DNA of 62,137 nt from contig JAFXTY010000049.1 of NCBI GenBank assembly GCA_017535435.1, positions 1-62,137 of the forward strand, in the 5' to 3' direction. This document shows positions 45,839-55,577 of the stretch, piece by piece. Every line of letters begins with the position of its first letter. Within the stretch, counting starts at the first letter, position 1. The notes beneath the pieces are model-generated. The model was not told where the DNA came from, made no database searches, and worked only from the letters and a program-made list of their open reading frames with translations. Source of the stretch: Spirochaetia bacterium (GTDB lineage: Bacteria > Spirochaetota > Spirochaetia > CADAEX01). A program made the translations under genes and the position numbers.

Positions 45839-47427
45839 AGCTCATCCGGTATCCTTATAGTTATCGTAGTACCTTCCCCTATCCTGGAGCTGATACTTAG
45901 TCCATATCTGATTCCATATTGCATCTTTATCCTGCTGCTTACATTTATAAGTCCAAGGTTGTGGGAGAAACCCACTGCTTTTTCAGCCTCAAGGCACCCC
46001 TGGATATACTTGAGTCTTCCCTCTTCTATACCATTTCCATTATCGGCAATCACAAAGGATGTCACCCGGCTGCTGCTGGAGACTGAAATCTTTATTTCAA
46101 GGGGCCTGTCTGCTCTGAATCCATACTTGATGGAATTCTCCACCACTGGCTGCAGAAGCAGCTTGAGGGTCTGATGGCTCAGGAGCTTTTCAGGGCACTC
46201 CACAGAAAGAAAAATATTCTTCTTGAACCGTATCTGGTTTATTGCCACATAGTTTCTGACACTCTCCAGCTCTTCCTTTACAGAGACCTTCTTATCCTGG
46301 TCATAAAGCCCGTAGTGCATAAGATTCCCAAGGGTGTCGATTGTCTTGATGATATCTGCATTCTGGCCGTTCACAGCCATAAGCTTAAGCGAATTCAATG
46401 TGTTCAGAAGGAAATGAGGATTGATCTGGTCCTGGAGTGTCTTTATATTCGCCTGTGTGGCAAGTATCTCCTTCTCATAGACTTCCTTGGTGAGATTGGA
46501 AACTTTCTCTATCATCATATCCAGTTTGTCGCTCAGATCCTCTATCTCCTGATAGCTGTCATCGTGGAGCTTTATGTCAAACCGTCCCCGGGATATGAAT
46601 GTTATAAGCTCCTTCATGCGGTTTATAGGATGGAAGACCCTCTTCTCCAGGATTATGTTCTGGATGAAGAGCCATACGAGGAAAACAAGGAATACAACCA
46701 GAATTGATATCTTCAGCTTCGATACATCATCTTCGACCTTGGAGAAATCCACATGGAGCTCGAAATACAGATCATTCTTGAGCGCATATCTGTAGACTCT
46801 GTCATATTCGCTGTTATAGAAATGATTCTCCAGAGTTATATAGTTTTTTGCAGAATCATATATCATGGATTTCTCCAGGACAGCACCTGCATTCTTCAAT
46901 GTAGCCAGGAGACCGTTTATATATGTCCTGTCCAGGAAGACGATGATAAAAAGATTATTCTCCAGCGGGTAAATGATTGATATCTCCTCATATGTGGAGG
47001 AATCATATAAATCCCTGACCGGTGATGTGGAGAAGAAGTATGAATCACTGTTGCTCTGGAAACTGCCTGATGGGAAGAAGGTACCGGGATTCACTGGATA
47101 ATATCGTACCGGGACAGGATATTTTCCATGGGTTTTCTCCAGGAAGCCTGAACGGAGCACTGCCTTGGATTTGGATATCGCTCCAATCTTTCTTTCCATA
47201 GGAGTGTCTGAACTGATTATCTTGAGAAATGATTCGGCAGTGTTGTCAAAGAACATGTCCAGATATTTTGCAGTCATCTGAACTTCGTTCTCATACTTGG
47301 AGTTGTTTATGTCATATATGATAGTGATTGATACATTATAGACAATGATAAATATGGAGAACAGTAGAAGGAGAAGGGAGATGATGGCGTGCCTGAAAAT
47401 AATGTTCTTAAGGCTTCTGCCTGTCAC
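45826..47427 (-). CDS. Sensor histidine kinase (YesM/LytS-like)
   Basis: Two TM, HAMP, QINPHFLLNTL, LQPVVENS, DNGNG. Confidence 0.92.
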   Translation of the reverse strand: MTGRSLKNIIFRHAIISLLLLLFSIFIIVYNVSITIIYDINNSKYENEVQMTAKYLDMFFDNTAESFLKIISSDTPMERKIGAISKSKAVLRSGFLEKTHGKYPVPVRYYPVNPGTFFPSGSFQSNSDSYFFSTSPVRDLYDSSTYEEISIIYPLENNLFIIVFLDRTYINGLLATLKNAGAVLEKSMIYDSAKNYITLENHFYNSEYDRVYRYALKNDLYFELHVDFSKVEDDVSKLKISILVVFLVFLVWLFIQNIILEKRVFHPINRMKELITFISRGRFDIKLHDDSYQEIEDLSDKLDMMIEKVSNLTKEVYEKEILATQANIKTLQDQINPHFLLNTLNSLKLMAVNGQNADIIKTIDTLGNLMHYGLYDQDKKVSVKEELESVRNYVAINQIRFKKNIFLSVECPEKLLSHQTLKLLLQPVVENSIKYGFRADRPLEIKISVSSSSRVTSFVIADNGNGIEEGRLKYIQGCLEAEKAVGFSHNLGLINVSSRIKMQYGIRYGLSISSRIGEGTTITIRIPDELCDY

Positions 47428-47436
47428 GCCGCCTCC

Positions 47437-48555
47437 TTATTTTACATAAATCCGAGGAACCCGTGGGTTGATGTTGCAGAGCAGCTCGTAGGAGATGGTG
47501 CCACAGATATCAGCTGCCTCAAAGGCATCCATTGCACCCTTCTCTGCTCCGAACAGAATGACCTCGTCATCCGGCTTTACGCCATAGGGGTTGGTCCCCA
47601 GGTCCACCATGAACTGATCCATGCAGACTCTTCCGGCCAGGGGATAGCATTTCCCATTTATGCAGACTCTTCCTTTGTTGGAGAGAAGCCTGTTGTAGCC
47701 GTCTGCATACCCCGCCCCGATGACAGCGATGGTGGTATCTTCCTTTGCCTGCCAGGTAAAGCCGTAGGAGACCTTCTCCCCTTTCCGTACATCCTTGACC
47801 TGCAGCACATGGGATACAAAGTCCATGACCGGCCTAAGATCCAGCTTGCCTTCGGTCTCCCGGCTTGGAGCATAGCCATATACCAGTATGCCGGGACGCA
47901 CCATGTCGAACCAGGTCTCCGGATAAGAGATAATGGCCCCAGATGCGGCACAGTGGACAACAGGGATGGTTATACCTGCTCCCTTTACGCTGTCTATTGC
48001 TCTGTTGAAGTTTTCTATCTGCTTTTTAGTGTCTGCCACATCCACATCGGAGAATGTGTCGGAAACTGCAAAGTGGGTGCAGGCTCCGGCCAGCTCCAGA
48101 TATGGGCTTGCCTCGATATACCGTGCAAGGGGAAGGGCATCCTCCCAGCGGCAGCCTGCCCGGCTCATACCTGAGTCCACCTTGAGATGGACTTTCACTT
48201 TCTTGCCGGCTTTCTCACCTGCCTGCTCCACAGCCTTGGCATATTCCAGGCTGGAGACAAAGGGCTGGATATCGTATTTAACAACATCAGCAATCCCCTC
48301 GGTTATACAGCCGCGGTAAATAAGAATCGGCAGCTTGACCCCTGCCTCCCGGAGCCTGATTCCCTCCGAGACATCGGCAATCCCTGCCGCATCCGCCAGG
48401 CCGCTGTCCTCGGCAGCCTTCACCAGTACAGTTGAACCATGGCCATAGCAGTCGGCCTTTGCAGCCATACAGATCTTACGGCCAGTCACTCTTTTTATCT
48501 CCCCAAGGTTGTGGAGGAAGTTTGAAACATTGATTTTCGCATATGTTACAGGCAT
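47437..48555 (-). CDS. alr: Alanine racemase
   Basis: KADCYGHG, HLKVDSGMSR, VRPG, GYADG, CMDQ, ISYE. Confidence 0.96.
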   Translation of the reverse strand: MPVTYAKINVSNFLHNLGEIKRVTGRKICMAAKADCYGHGSTVLVKAAEDSGLADAAGIADVSEGIRLREAGVKLPILIYRGCITEGIADVVKYDIQPFVSSLEYAKAVEQAGEKAGKKVKVHLKVDSGMSRAGCRWEDALPLARYIEASPYLELAGACTHFAVSDTFSDVDVADTKKQIENFNRAIDSVKGAGITIPVVHCAASGAIISYPETWFDMVRPGILVYGYAPSRETEGKLDLRPVMDFVSHVLQVKDVRKGEKVSYGFTWQAKEDTTIAVIGAGYADGYNRLLSNKGRVCINGKCYPLAGRVCMDQFMVDLGTNPYGVKPDDEVILFGAEKGAMDAFEAADICGTISYELLCNINPRVPRIYVK

Positions 48556-48567
48556 GGTTTTATTGTA

Positions 48568-49902
48568 TCAGTCTGGAATTGATTTGTAAATCTTAAGAAA
48601 ATAAAAAATTGCCGCTGCCCCTGTGATTATCCAGGAGAAAATATAGAGCAGATACAGGGACTCGATAGTCTTGAAGAATGCGAAGACAGTGAATATCCAG
48701 ATGAGACGGAAGACGCAGGATCCCATTATTATTATGAAGGATGGCACCAATGTCTTTCCCAGCCCCCGGGCCGCAGCCACAGAGCCGTCCATCAAAGCCG
48801 AGATGCAGAAGGAGAATGACATGATGAAAAGCTTTTTCATACCAGCATCAACAACTGCGCTGTCGCTGGAGAATATGCCTATAAGAGCCCTTCCGTTGGC
48901 GTAGAACACACCGCCCAGGACCGCCCCGGCCAAAAAGGCAAGGCCGGTGCTTATAAGGTAGGAATGGAATATACGCTTCTTGTCCCCGGCACCGTAGTTC
49001 TGCCCCACGAATGTGGCACCTGCTATGTAGAATGCCGCCATAGTCTGGTAGACCATGATATCCAGGCGGTCCTCGGCGGCGACCCCCGCAACTGTGATTG
49101 CGCTGAAGGAGTTTACTCCCATCTGCACAAAGCTGTTGGCAATGGCGAAGACAGAGTGCTGCAGCCCCGCAGGGAGCCCCACCCTGAGTATATGCAGTGC
49201 GCTTTTGCCGTTGAAGTACATCTGGGAGAACTTCACATCCAGTTGCGGGGTCCGGCGGAACACAGCATTCAGTACCAGCCCCGCAGACACCATCTGGCTC
49301 AAGGAGGTGGCCAGGGCTACACCTGCCACCCCCATCCTGAAGGGAACAATAAAAAGTATATCCAGCGCCACGTTTATGACCCCGGCCACCAGCAGGTAGA
49401 TAAGGGGTCTGCGGGTGTCGCCGATGGCATTGAGCACTGCGTTCCCGAAGTTATACAGCGCCAGTGCCGGCAGTCCCATCATACAGATGCAGAAGTAGAG
49501 CACCGCGTTCTCCATGAGCTCGGGCTTTGTATTCATGGCTGTAAGCACAGGCCGGCACAGTATGATTCCCAGGGCCATAAGGACAATGCCAGCGGCGAGG
49601 CAGACAAAGAATGCGGTGTAGATGGTGGAATTCCGCAGATTGTCCCGTTTAGCCCCTACATAGTAGGCCACTATGGCGTTTACACCGCTGGCTATTCCAA
49701 TGAGCATTCCTATATAGAAAAATATCGGTGTCGTGGTGGAGCCTACAGCTCCCAGGGCCGCAGCCCCTGCAAAACGGCCAGCCACCGCCACATCTGCGAT
49801 GTTGAACAGCACCTGCAGCATGTTGGTGAAAATAAGAGGCAGACTGAATATTAAAATACCTTTATACAGAGACCCCTGGCAGGGATCCAGAGCATTGCTC
49901 AT
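48568..49902 (-). CDS. MATE efflux transporter
   Basis: QVLFNIAD, GDTRRPL, GQNYGAG; 12 TM. Confidence 0.9.
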   Translation of the reverse strand: MSNALDPCQGSLYKGILIFSLPLIFTNMLQVLFNIADVAVAGRFAGAAALGAVGSTTTPIFFYIGMLIGIASGVNAIVAYYVGAKRDNLRNSTIYTAFFVCLAAGIVLMALGIILCRPVLTAMNTKPELMENAVLYFCICMMGLPALALYNFGNAVLNAIGDTRRPLIYLLVAGVINVALDILFIVPFRMGVAGVALATSLSQMVSAGLVLNAVFRRTPQLDVKFSQMYFNGKSALHILRVGLPAGLQHSVFAIANSFVQMGVNSFSAITVAGVAAEDRLDIMVYQTMAAFYIAGATFVGQNYGAGDKKRIFHSYLISTGLAFLAGAVLGGVFYANGRALIGIFSSDSAVVDAGMKKLFIMSFSFCISALMDGSVAAARGLGKTLVPSFIIIMGSCVFRLIWIFTVFAFFKTIESLYLLYIFSWIITGAAAIFYFLKIYKSIPD

Positions 49903-50460
49903 TTATTCTTCGGTTTCCCGCTTCTTCTTTGCAGCCTTCTTTGCTGCCTTGCGCTGCTCTTTCTCCAGTTTGGCCTTGGCCTTGGCCTCTTTCCGTCTCT
50001 GCTTGAACTCTTCCTCGGCCGCCTTCTCTTTCTTGGTCTTCTTGTTGAACAGCCGTTTCCAGAAACCACCCTTCTCCCGCTCTTCGGCTATATTCTCAAT
50101 CCCTTTGGTGGACATAAGGGCTGGCCATGAAGGATAGTAGACAGCCTCGTCAGTATTGTATTTATCAAGAATCTGGTTGAACCGATCCTCAGCTTCGTCA
50201 AACTTTCTCTGCTTGAATTTTATGAATGCAATCTCGTACTCTGCCTCGATAATCTTGTTCTTCATATCAGGATACCGGCGCATGAACTCCTCGTAGAACT
50301 GGATTGCCAGCTTATACCGGTTCCAGTCTATCACTGCCTCCTGGGCCTTCTGGAAGAATTCCTCAGGTGTAAGGTCCGGATTATCCAAGTCCTTCTTAAG
50401 AGAATGACAGGAGGTGAGCAAAAGTACAATCAACATCATAAAAAGTAAAACTTTTTTCAT
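49903..50460 (-). CDS. TPR lipoprotein (BamD-like)
   Basis: LLTSC lipobox, TPR helices (AIQFYEEF..RYP, AEYEIAF), basic tail. Confidence 0.7.
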   Translation of the reverse strand: MKKVLLFMMLIVLLLTSCHSLKKDLDNPDLTPEEFFQKAQEAVIDWNRYKLAIQFYEEFMRRYPDMKNKIIEAEYEIAFIKFKQRKFDEAEDRFNQILDKYNTDEAVYYPSWPALMSTKGIENIAEEREKGGFWKRLFNKKTKKEKAAEEEFKQRRKEAKAKAKLEKEQRKAAKKAAKKKRETEE

Positions 50461-50488
50461 ATTCTTACCATCTTTCATATAATCACAT

Positions 50489-51163
50489 TTAGAAGAAGTA
50501 GTAAACCTCCGGCTCAAACTCTTCCCGTTTCTCCGACGGGGCAGTCATCTCCTCCAGATTGCCTGAGAAGCTCTTGACTTTCCACTTTGCCCCATCCTTA
50601 GCCATGACAAACTCGCATATGCAGTCGCCATCTCCCATGAAACACCTGGCAGTCACCTTGGTCTCTCCCCCGGCGGCAATGCCGTTGCCAATCCTTACCT
50701 CTGCAGGGAAAAATCTTGAGTTATGCCATTCATCAAAAAGCATGGTCAGCAGGGTACTGTTATCGCCCATAAAATAGTCGGCAGGGCTCTTGGATATCTT
50801 TCCAGCCCTGTAACCATCAAAAAACAGGGCCACAGCAGCCTCGGCCGAATCCGGTTTAAGCCCCGCATCCACAATTTTCCCTAAAACAAAGTCCTCCGGC
50901 ACCACCGGATTTGACTTCCCTGCCATAAGGAAACGCTTTTCGCCGTAATTTTCTATTGTAATCACATTCTGGTGACTTTTCTTCTTCGCCCGGGATGCAG
51001 TTATGCTCTGCTCAATGCTGTTGACCCGGTCCTGGCTTCTCTGGGGAACCTCGGCTTCGGCTGCAGGAGCAGTATCGGAGACACCATTGGTGCTGACAGC
51101 CCTGTTTCCGTCGCAGGAGACCATGATGAGTATCATTATAAGAAAAGACAACAGTTTTCTCAT
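50489..51163 (-). CDS. Hypothetical lipoprotein
   Basis: MRKLLSFLIMILIMVSC lipobox. Confidence 0.7.
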   Translation of the reverse strand: MRKLLSFLIMILIMVSCDGNRAVSTNGVSDTAPAAEAEVPQRSQDRVNSIEQSITASRAKKKSHQNVITIENYGEKRFLMAGKSNPVVPEDFVLGKIVDAGLKPDSAEAAVALFFDGYRAGKISKSPADYFMGDNSTLLTMLFDEWHNSRFFPAEVRIGNGIAAGGETKVTARCFMGDGDCICEFVMAKDGAKWKVKSFSGNLEEMTAPSEKREEFEPEVYYFF

Positions 51164-51225
51164 TATATTTAATATATCATATAAATAAAACAATGTCACC
51201 CTGAAGTAGTTTCAAGGCTTGTGAG

Positions 51226-51254
51226 TTGACATTGGGCTTTTTGCGTGGGATAAT
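51226..51254 (+). promoter_or_regulatory. fba promoter
   Basis: TTGACA-N17-GATAAT. Confidence 0.65.
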
Positions 51255-51284
51255 AGTAGAAACAAACAAATAGGAGCGTGCTAT

Positions 51285-52277
51285 ATGACAAGTTACAAAG
51301 AGCTTGGCTTGGTGAACACCAGAGAGATGTTCAAGAAAGCAGTGAAGGAAGCTTATGCAGTTCCTGCATACAACTTCAATAACCTTGAGCAGCTGCAGGC
51401 AATTATTCAGGCTTGTGTAGAGACAAAATCACCTGTAATCATCCAGGTTTCCTCCGGCGCAAGAAAATATGCCAATGCAAACCTTCTCAAGAACATGGCA
51501 AAGGGTGCTGTAGAGTATGCACACGAGCTGGGATACGACATTCCAATCTGTCTGCATCTGGACCACGGCGACACATTCGAGCTGTGCAAGGACTGTATCG
51601 AGAAAGGCTTCTCTTCAGTAATGATCGACGGTTCAAGCAAATCCTTCGAGGACAACATCGCAATCACAAAGAAAGTTGTTGATTTTGCACATCAGTATGA
51701 TGTTACAGTAGAGGGAGAGCTGGGAGTTCTGGCAGGTGTCGAGGACGATGTGGCAGCAGAGAAATCACACTATACAAGACCTGAGGATGTAGAGGAGTTT
51801 GTAAAGCGGACAGGCGTTGATTCCCTGGCTATCTCCATCGGAACATCCCATGGTGCAAACAAGTTCCGCCCGGAGCAGTGCACACGGAACGCAGAAGGCA
51901 TCCTTATTCCTCCTCCACTCCGCCACGATATTCTGGCCGAGATTGAGAAGAGAATCCCTGGATTCCCGATTGTTCTCCACGGATCATCCTCTGTTCCACA
52001 GGAATATGTGAAGATCATCAACAGCTACGGCGGAAAGCTTAAGGACTCTGTAGGAATTCCTGAGTCTGAGCTCCAGAAGGCTGTAAAGTCAGCTGTATGC
52101 AAAGTCAACATCGACTCCGACGGAAGACTGGCTATGACAGCTGCAATCAGAAAATACCTGGTGGAAGATCCTGCCGCATTCGACCCAAGAAAGTATCTGG
52201 GCCCTGCACGGGACGAGCTTAAGAAGCTTTATATGCACAAGAATATCAATGTTCTGTTCTCAGCCGGCAAGGCTTGA
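51285..52277 (+). CDS. fba: Class II fructose-bisphosphate aldolase
   Basis: HLDHG, SVMIDGS, EGELG, GTSHG, VLHG, DPRKYL. Confidence 0.96.
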   Translation: MTSYKELGLVNTREMFKKAVKEAYAVPAYNFNNLEQLQAIIQACVETKSPVIIQVSSGARKYANANLLKNMAKGAVEYAHELGYDIPICLHLDHGDTFELCKDCIEKGFSSVMIDGSSKSFEDNIAITKKVVDFAHQYDVTVEGELGVLAGVEDDVAAEKSHYTRPEDVEEFVKRTGVDSLAISIGTSHGANKFRPEQCTRNAEGILIPPPLRHDILAEIEKRIPGFPIVLHGSSSVPQEYVKIINSYGGKLKDSVGIPESELQKAVKSAVCKVNIDSDGRLAMTAAIRKYLVEDPAAFDPRKYLGPARDELKKLYMHKNINVLFSAGKA

Positions 52278-52302
52278 TTCAGACAGTACGCGTTTTGACA
52301 AT

Positions 52303-52336
52303 AAAAAAGCCATCCTCCCGGGGATGGCTTTTTTTT
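52303..52336. terminator. Bidirectional intrinsic terminator
   Basis: A6-GCCATCC...GGATGGC-T8 between convergent genes. Confidence 0.85.
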
Positions 52337-52349
52337 GCCTTGGCAGCAG

Positions 52350-53090
52350 TCAAAGGACTGCGTTCAGGAACTGCTTAAGCCGTGGACTCTTGGGATGGTC
52401 GAAAATATCCTCGGGAATTCCCCCTTCCTCCACAACTCCACCGTGAATAAAAAGGACACGGTCTGCCACTTCCCGGGCGAAGCCCATCTCATGGGTGACC
52501 ACTGCCATGGTCATACCGGCTTTGGCCAGATCCTTCATTACATTGAGAACCTCCCCTACCATCTCAGGGTCCAGGGCCGATGTAGGCTCGTCGAAAAGCA
52601 TTACATCAGGATTCATCGCCAGGGACCGTACAATAGCAATACGCTGTTTCTGGCCTCCCGAACAGGTTGAAGGATATTTATCTGCCTTATCCTCAAGACC
52701 AACTCTCTTAAGGAGCTCCAAGGCAATTTTCCTTGCCTCCTCCTCGCTCTTAAGACCAAGGGTCACAGGGGCAAGGGTAAGATTCTGCATTATAGTAAGG
52801 TGTGGGAACAGGTTGAAGTGCTGGAACACCATTCCCATCTTCTGGCGGCATTTATCCAGGTCAGTCTTGGGATCGGTGAGCACAGTTCCCTCGAAGGTTA
52901 TGCTTCCTCCTGTAGGTGTCTCAAGCATGTTCAGACACCGCAGGAATGTGGATTTACCACATCCGGAGGGGCCTATTATTACTATTTTTTCTCCCCGGCG
53001 GATATCTATGGAGATATCCTCAAGGACATTGCGCCCGCCGTTGAAAGATTTCTGGAGATGGCTGACTTTAATTAAAACTTCATCTGTCAC
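52350..53090 (-). CDS. Polar amino acid ABC ATPase (GlnQ-like)
   Basis: [35 protein letters not shown]; likely GTG start at 53090. Confidence 0.93.
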   Translation of the reverse strand: MTDEVLIKVSHLQKSFNGGRNVLEDISIDIRRGEKIVIIGPSGCGKSTFLRCLNMLETPTGGSITFEGTVLTDPKTDLDKCRQKMGMVFQHFNLFPHLTIMQNLTLAPVTLGLKSEEEARKIALELLKRVGLEDKADKYPSTCSGGQKQRIAIVRSLAMNPDVMLFDEPTSALDPEMVGEVLNVMKDLAKAGMTMAVVTHEMGFAREVADRVLFIHGGVVEEGGIPEDIFDHPKSPRLKQFLNAVL

Positions 53091-53745
53091 TTTTAGCCAT
53101 CCTTTTCTCGAATATATCAAATACCTTGGTAAGTCCCAGTGTCAGGATAAGGTAGATGATGGCACATGTCAGAAGAGGGATCCATGCATTGTAGGTTGCG
53201 TTGCGGATCATGTCTCCTGCCTTGGTCATATCTGTTACTGCGATGAAGCTGGCTACCGATGTCTCCTTGATAAGCACGATGAACTCGCTGGTGTAGGTAG
53301 GAAGCACTGCCTTTGCAGCCTGGGGAAGGATAATCTTGAACAGGGTCTGCCGCTTGGAAAGTCCAAGGGAGCGGCCTGCCTCGGTCTGACCGATATCCAC
53401 ACCCTGGATTCCGGCACGGAAAATCTCGGTGCAGTAGGCTCCTGAGTTGAGGCCGTATGCCAGGATAGCAACTAGAAGCTTAGGCAGATGCAGCGGGGCA
53501 AACACAACAAAGTAGAAGATCATGAGCTGTGTGGCCAGCGGCAGACCTCGGAGCACTGTGGTGTACAGAGTTCCTATTCCTTTAAGGATTCTGTTGTCGG
53601 AGATTTTCATCAGGGCCAGGATGCAGCCCAGGATTGTTCCTATTATGATAGCGCAGAACGCAATGAGCAGGGTGACGCCCAAGCCCTGGAAAATCAGGAC
53701 ATAGCGCTGCCCCGCTATCATTGTGTCGTATATGGATTGAAACAT
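53080..53745 (-). CDS. Polar amino acid ABC permease
   Basis: RGLP, NSGAY..EIFRAG, GQTEA..LG, LIKETS. Confidence 0.93.
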   Translation of the reverse strand: MFQSIYDTMIAGQRYVLIFQGLGVTLLIAFCAIIIGTILGCILALMKISDNRILKGIGTLYTTVLRGLPLATQLMIFYFVVFAPLHLPKLLVAILAYGLNSGAYCTEIFRAGIQGVDIGQTEAGRSLGLSKRQTLFKIILPQAAKAVLPTYTSEFIVLIKETSVASFIAVTDMTKAGDMIRNATYNAWIPLLTCAIIYLILTLGLTKVFDIFEKRMAKSDR

Positions 53746-54530
53746 TATTTCCTTACGATGATGACCTGCTCAGATGCATAGTATGGAACTGAGAAGTCAA
53801 CATTCTTCTTTCTCTCTTCGGTGATTGACATACCAGCTGCGATGAAGTCGATGGAGCCTGCCTGCAGTGCAGGAATAAGGCTGTCGAATGCCATGTCCAC
53901 AATCTCAAGCTTTACGCCAGCTTTTGCTGCGATGAACTCACCCATGGAGATATCGAAACCTGCAATATCCTTGCCCTCTACATACTCGAATGGAGGGAAA
54001 GCAGCATTTGTTCCCAGCTTGATTGTGCCGGCTTTTGCATTGTTGGCAATGGTAGGAATGACAATCTTTCCATCTGCTGGCATGAAAGCTGCAACCAGCT
54101 TCTCGTAACCGCCGTTTGTCTGGAGCTCTTTGATTGTTGCGTTCACAATATCCAGAACTGCCTTGTTGCCTTTCTTTACTGCGATAGCATACTCTTCCTT
54201 GTTTGCAGAGAACTCAGCATCACGGATGATAGCCAGTCCAGGGTTCTTGTCTACAATTGCCTGTGCAGGAAGCTCGTCGATTACAACACAGTCGATGGCG
54301 CCGTTCTTAAGGTCAAGGGCTGCATCGATACCGCTCTTGAAGGAATTAAGCTTAACACCCTTAACATTGTCCTGAACCCAAGCCTCGCCTGTTGTTCCGG
54401 TCTGAACACCGATCTTAAGACCTTCCAGGTCTGCGATTCCATTGATAACTTTTTTCTCTTTGCTTCCGCCTGCAAAACATACACTTGCTGCAAGAAGAAG
54501 AACCAAAGCAAACAGCAATACTTTCTTCAT
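53745..54530 (-). CDS. Family-3 amino acid-binding protein with circularly permuted order
   Basis: KIGVQTGTTG half precedes the GTNAAFPPFEY...ITEERKKNVDFS half. Confidence 0.88.
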   Translation of the reverse strand: MKKVLLFALVLLLAASVCFAGGSKEKKVINGIADLEGLKIGVQTGTTGEAWVQDNVKGVKLNSFKSGIDAALDLKNGAIDCVVIDELPAQAIVDKNPGLAIIRDAEFSANKEEYAIAVKKGNKAVLDIVNATIKELQTNGGYEKLVAAFMPADGKIVIPTIANNAKAGTIKLGTNAAFPPFEYVEGKDIAGFDISMGEFIAAKAGVKLEIVDMAFDSLIPALQAGSIDFIAAGMSITEERKKNVDFSVPYYASEQVIIVRK

Positions 54531-54593
54531 TTTTCTCTCCTAAATTATGTGAAAAAGTGTTTTTTTGTTTTATACCACAATAATTATAATAAT

Positions 54594-55565
54594 TCAATTA
54601 TGTTTTTTATACATATTCCAGGAGGTGAATATCAGGTTCTCCACACTGCTGTGAACTGCCTTCCAGCCTAAAAGCTTGAGAGCCTTGCCCGAGCTGGCCA
54701 CCAGGTTTGCCGGGTCGCCAGGCCGCCGAGGTGCATACTCAACCTTAAAGTCGACCCCTGTTATAGCCTTTGCTTTGTCTGCCATCTCCTGCACGCTTAT
54801 GCCGTTGCCGGTCCCCAGATTCACAGTCAGGCTCTGCCTGTTCTTCAACAGGTACTCGGCGGCTGCCAGATGGCCGGTGGCCAGGTCGGTGACATGGATA
54901 TAATCCCTTATGCAGGTTCCGTCCGGGGTCGGGTAGTCGTTGCCGAATATGGCGAGCCTGCTTCTTATGCCGGCCGCCGCCTCCATGATAATGGGGAGCA
55001 GATTCGCAGGATTCTTCTCAAGCCCCTTGATGCGTCCTTGGCCGTCGTAGCCTGCCGCATTGAAGTACCTCATGGCGGCGTACTTAAGCCCTTTAAGCTT
55101 GTCGTACCAGCCAAGGAACTGCTCTATAGCCAGCTTGGTGTAGCCGTAGTAGTTGGCCGGGTCCTTGGGATGCTCCTCGTCTATGGGCAGGTAGGCAGGC
55201 TCGCCATACACGGCGGCGGAGGAGGAGAATACCAGGTTCTCTATCCCTGCCTTGACTGCTGCATTAAGTATGTTGATGGTGCCTGTGATGTTGTTCACCG
55301 AGTATTTCTCCGGCTTCTCCATGGACTCCCCCGCCGCCTTGAATGCAGCCAGGTGTATGATCAGGTCATAACCAACCGCCATGGCGCTGTCCAGCTCGGC
55401 CGGGTTAAGGATATCCCCTTTTATGAAATCCTCGTCGGGAAAGATGTTCACCATCTGCCCGGTGGAGAAGTTGTCAAATACAGTGACCTGGTGGCCGTTG
55501 TCCAGAAAATGACGGGCCACATGGGAACCGATATATCCTGCGCCGCCTATGATGAGTGCTCTCAT
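54594..55565 (-). CDS. galE: UDP-glucose 4-epimerase
   Basis: GGAGYIGSH, FSSSAAVYG, YGYTK, RYFNAAG, DGTCIRDYIHV. Confidence 0.95.
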   Translation of the reverse strand: MRALIIGGAGYIGSHVARHFLDNGHQVTVFDNFSTGQMVNIFPDEDFIKGDILNPAELDSAMAVGYDLIIHLAAFKAAGESMEKPEKYSVNNITGTINILNAAVKAGIENLVFSSSAAVYGEPAYLPIDEEHPKDPANYYGYTKLAIEQFLGWYDKLKGLKYAAMRYFNAAGYDGQGRIKGLEKNPANLLPIIMEAAAGIRSRLAIFGNDYPTPDGTCIRDYIHVTDLATGHLAAAEYLLKNRQSLTVNLGTGNGISVQEMADKAKAITGVDFKVEYAPRRPGDPANLVASSGKALKLLGWKAVHSSVENLIFTSWNMYKKHN

Positions 55566-55577
55566 TATCTACTCCTG

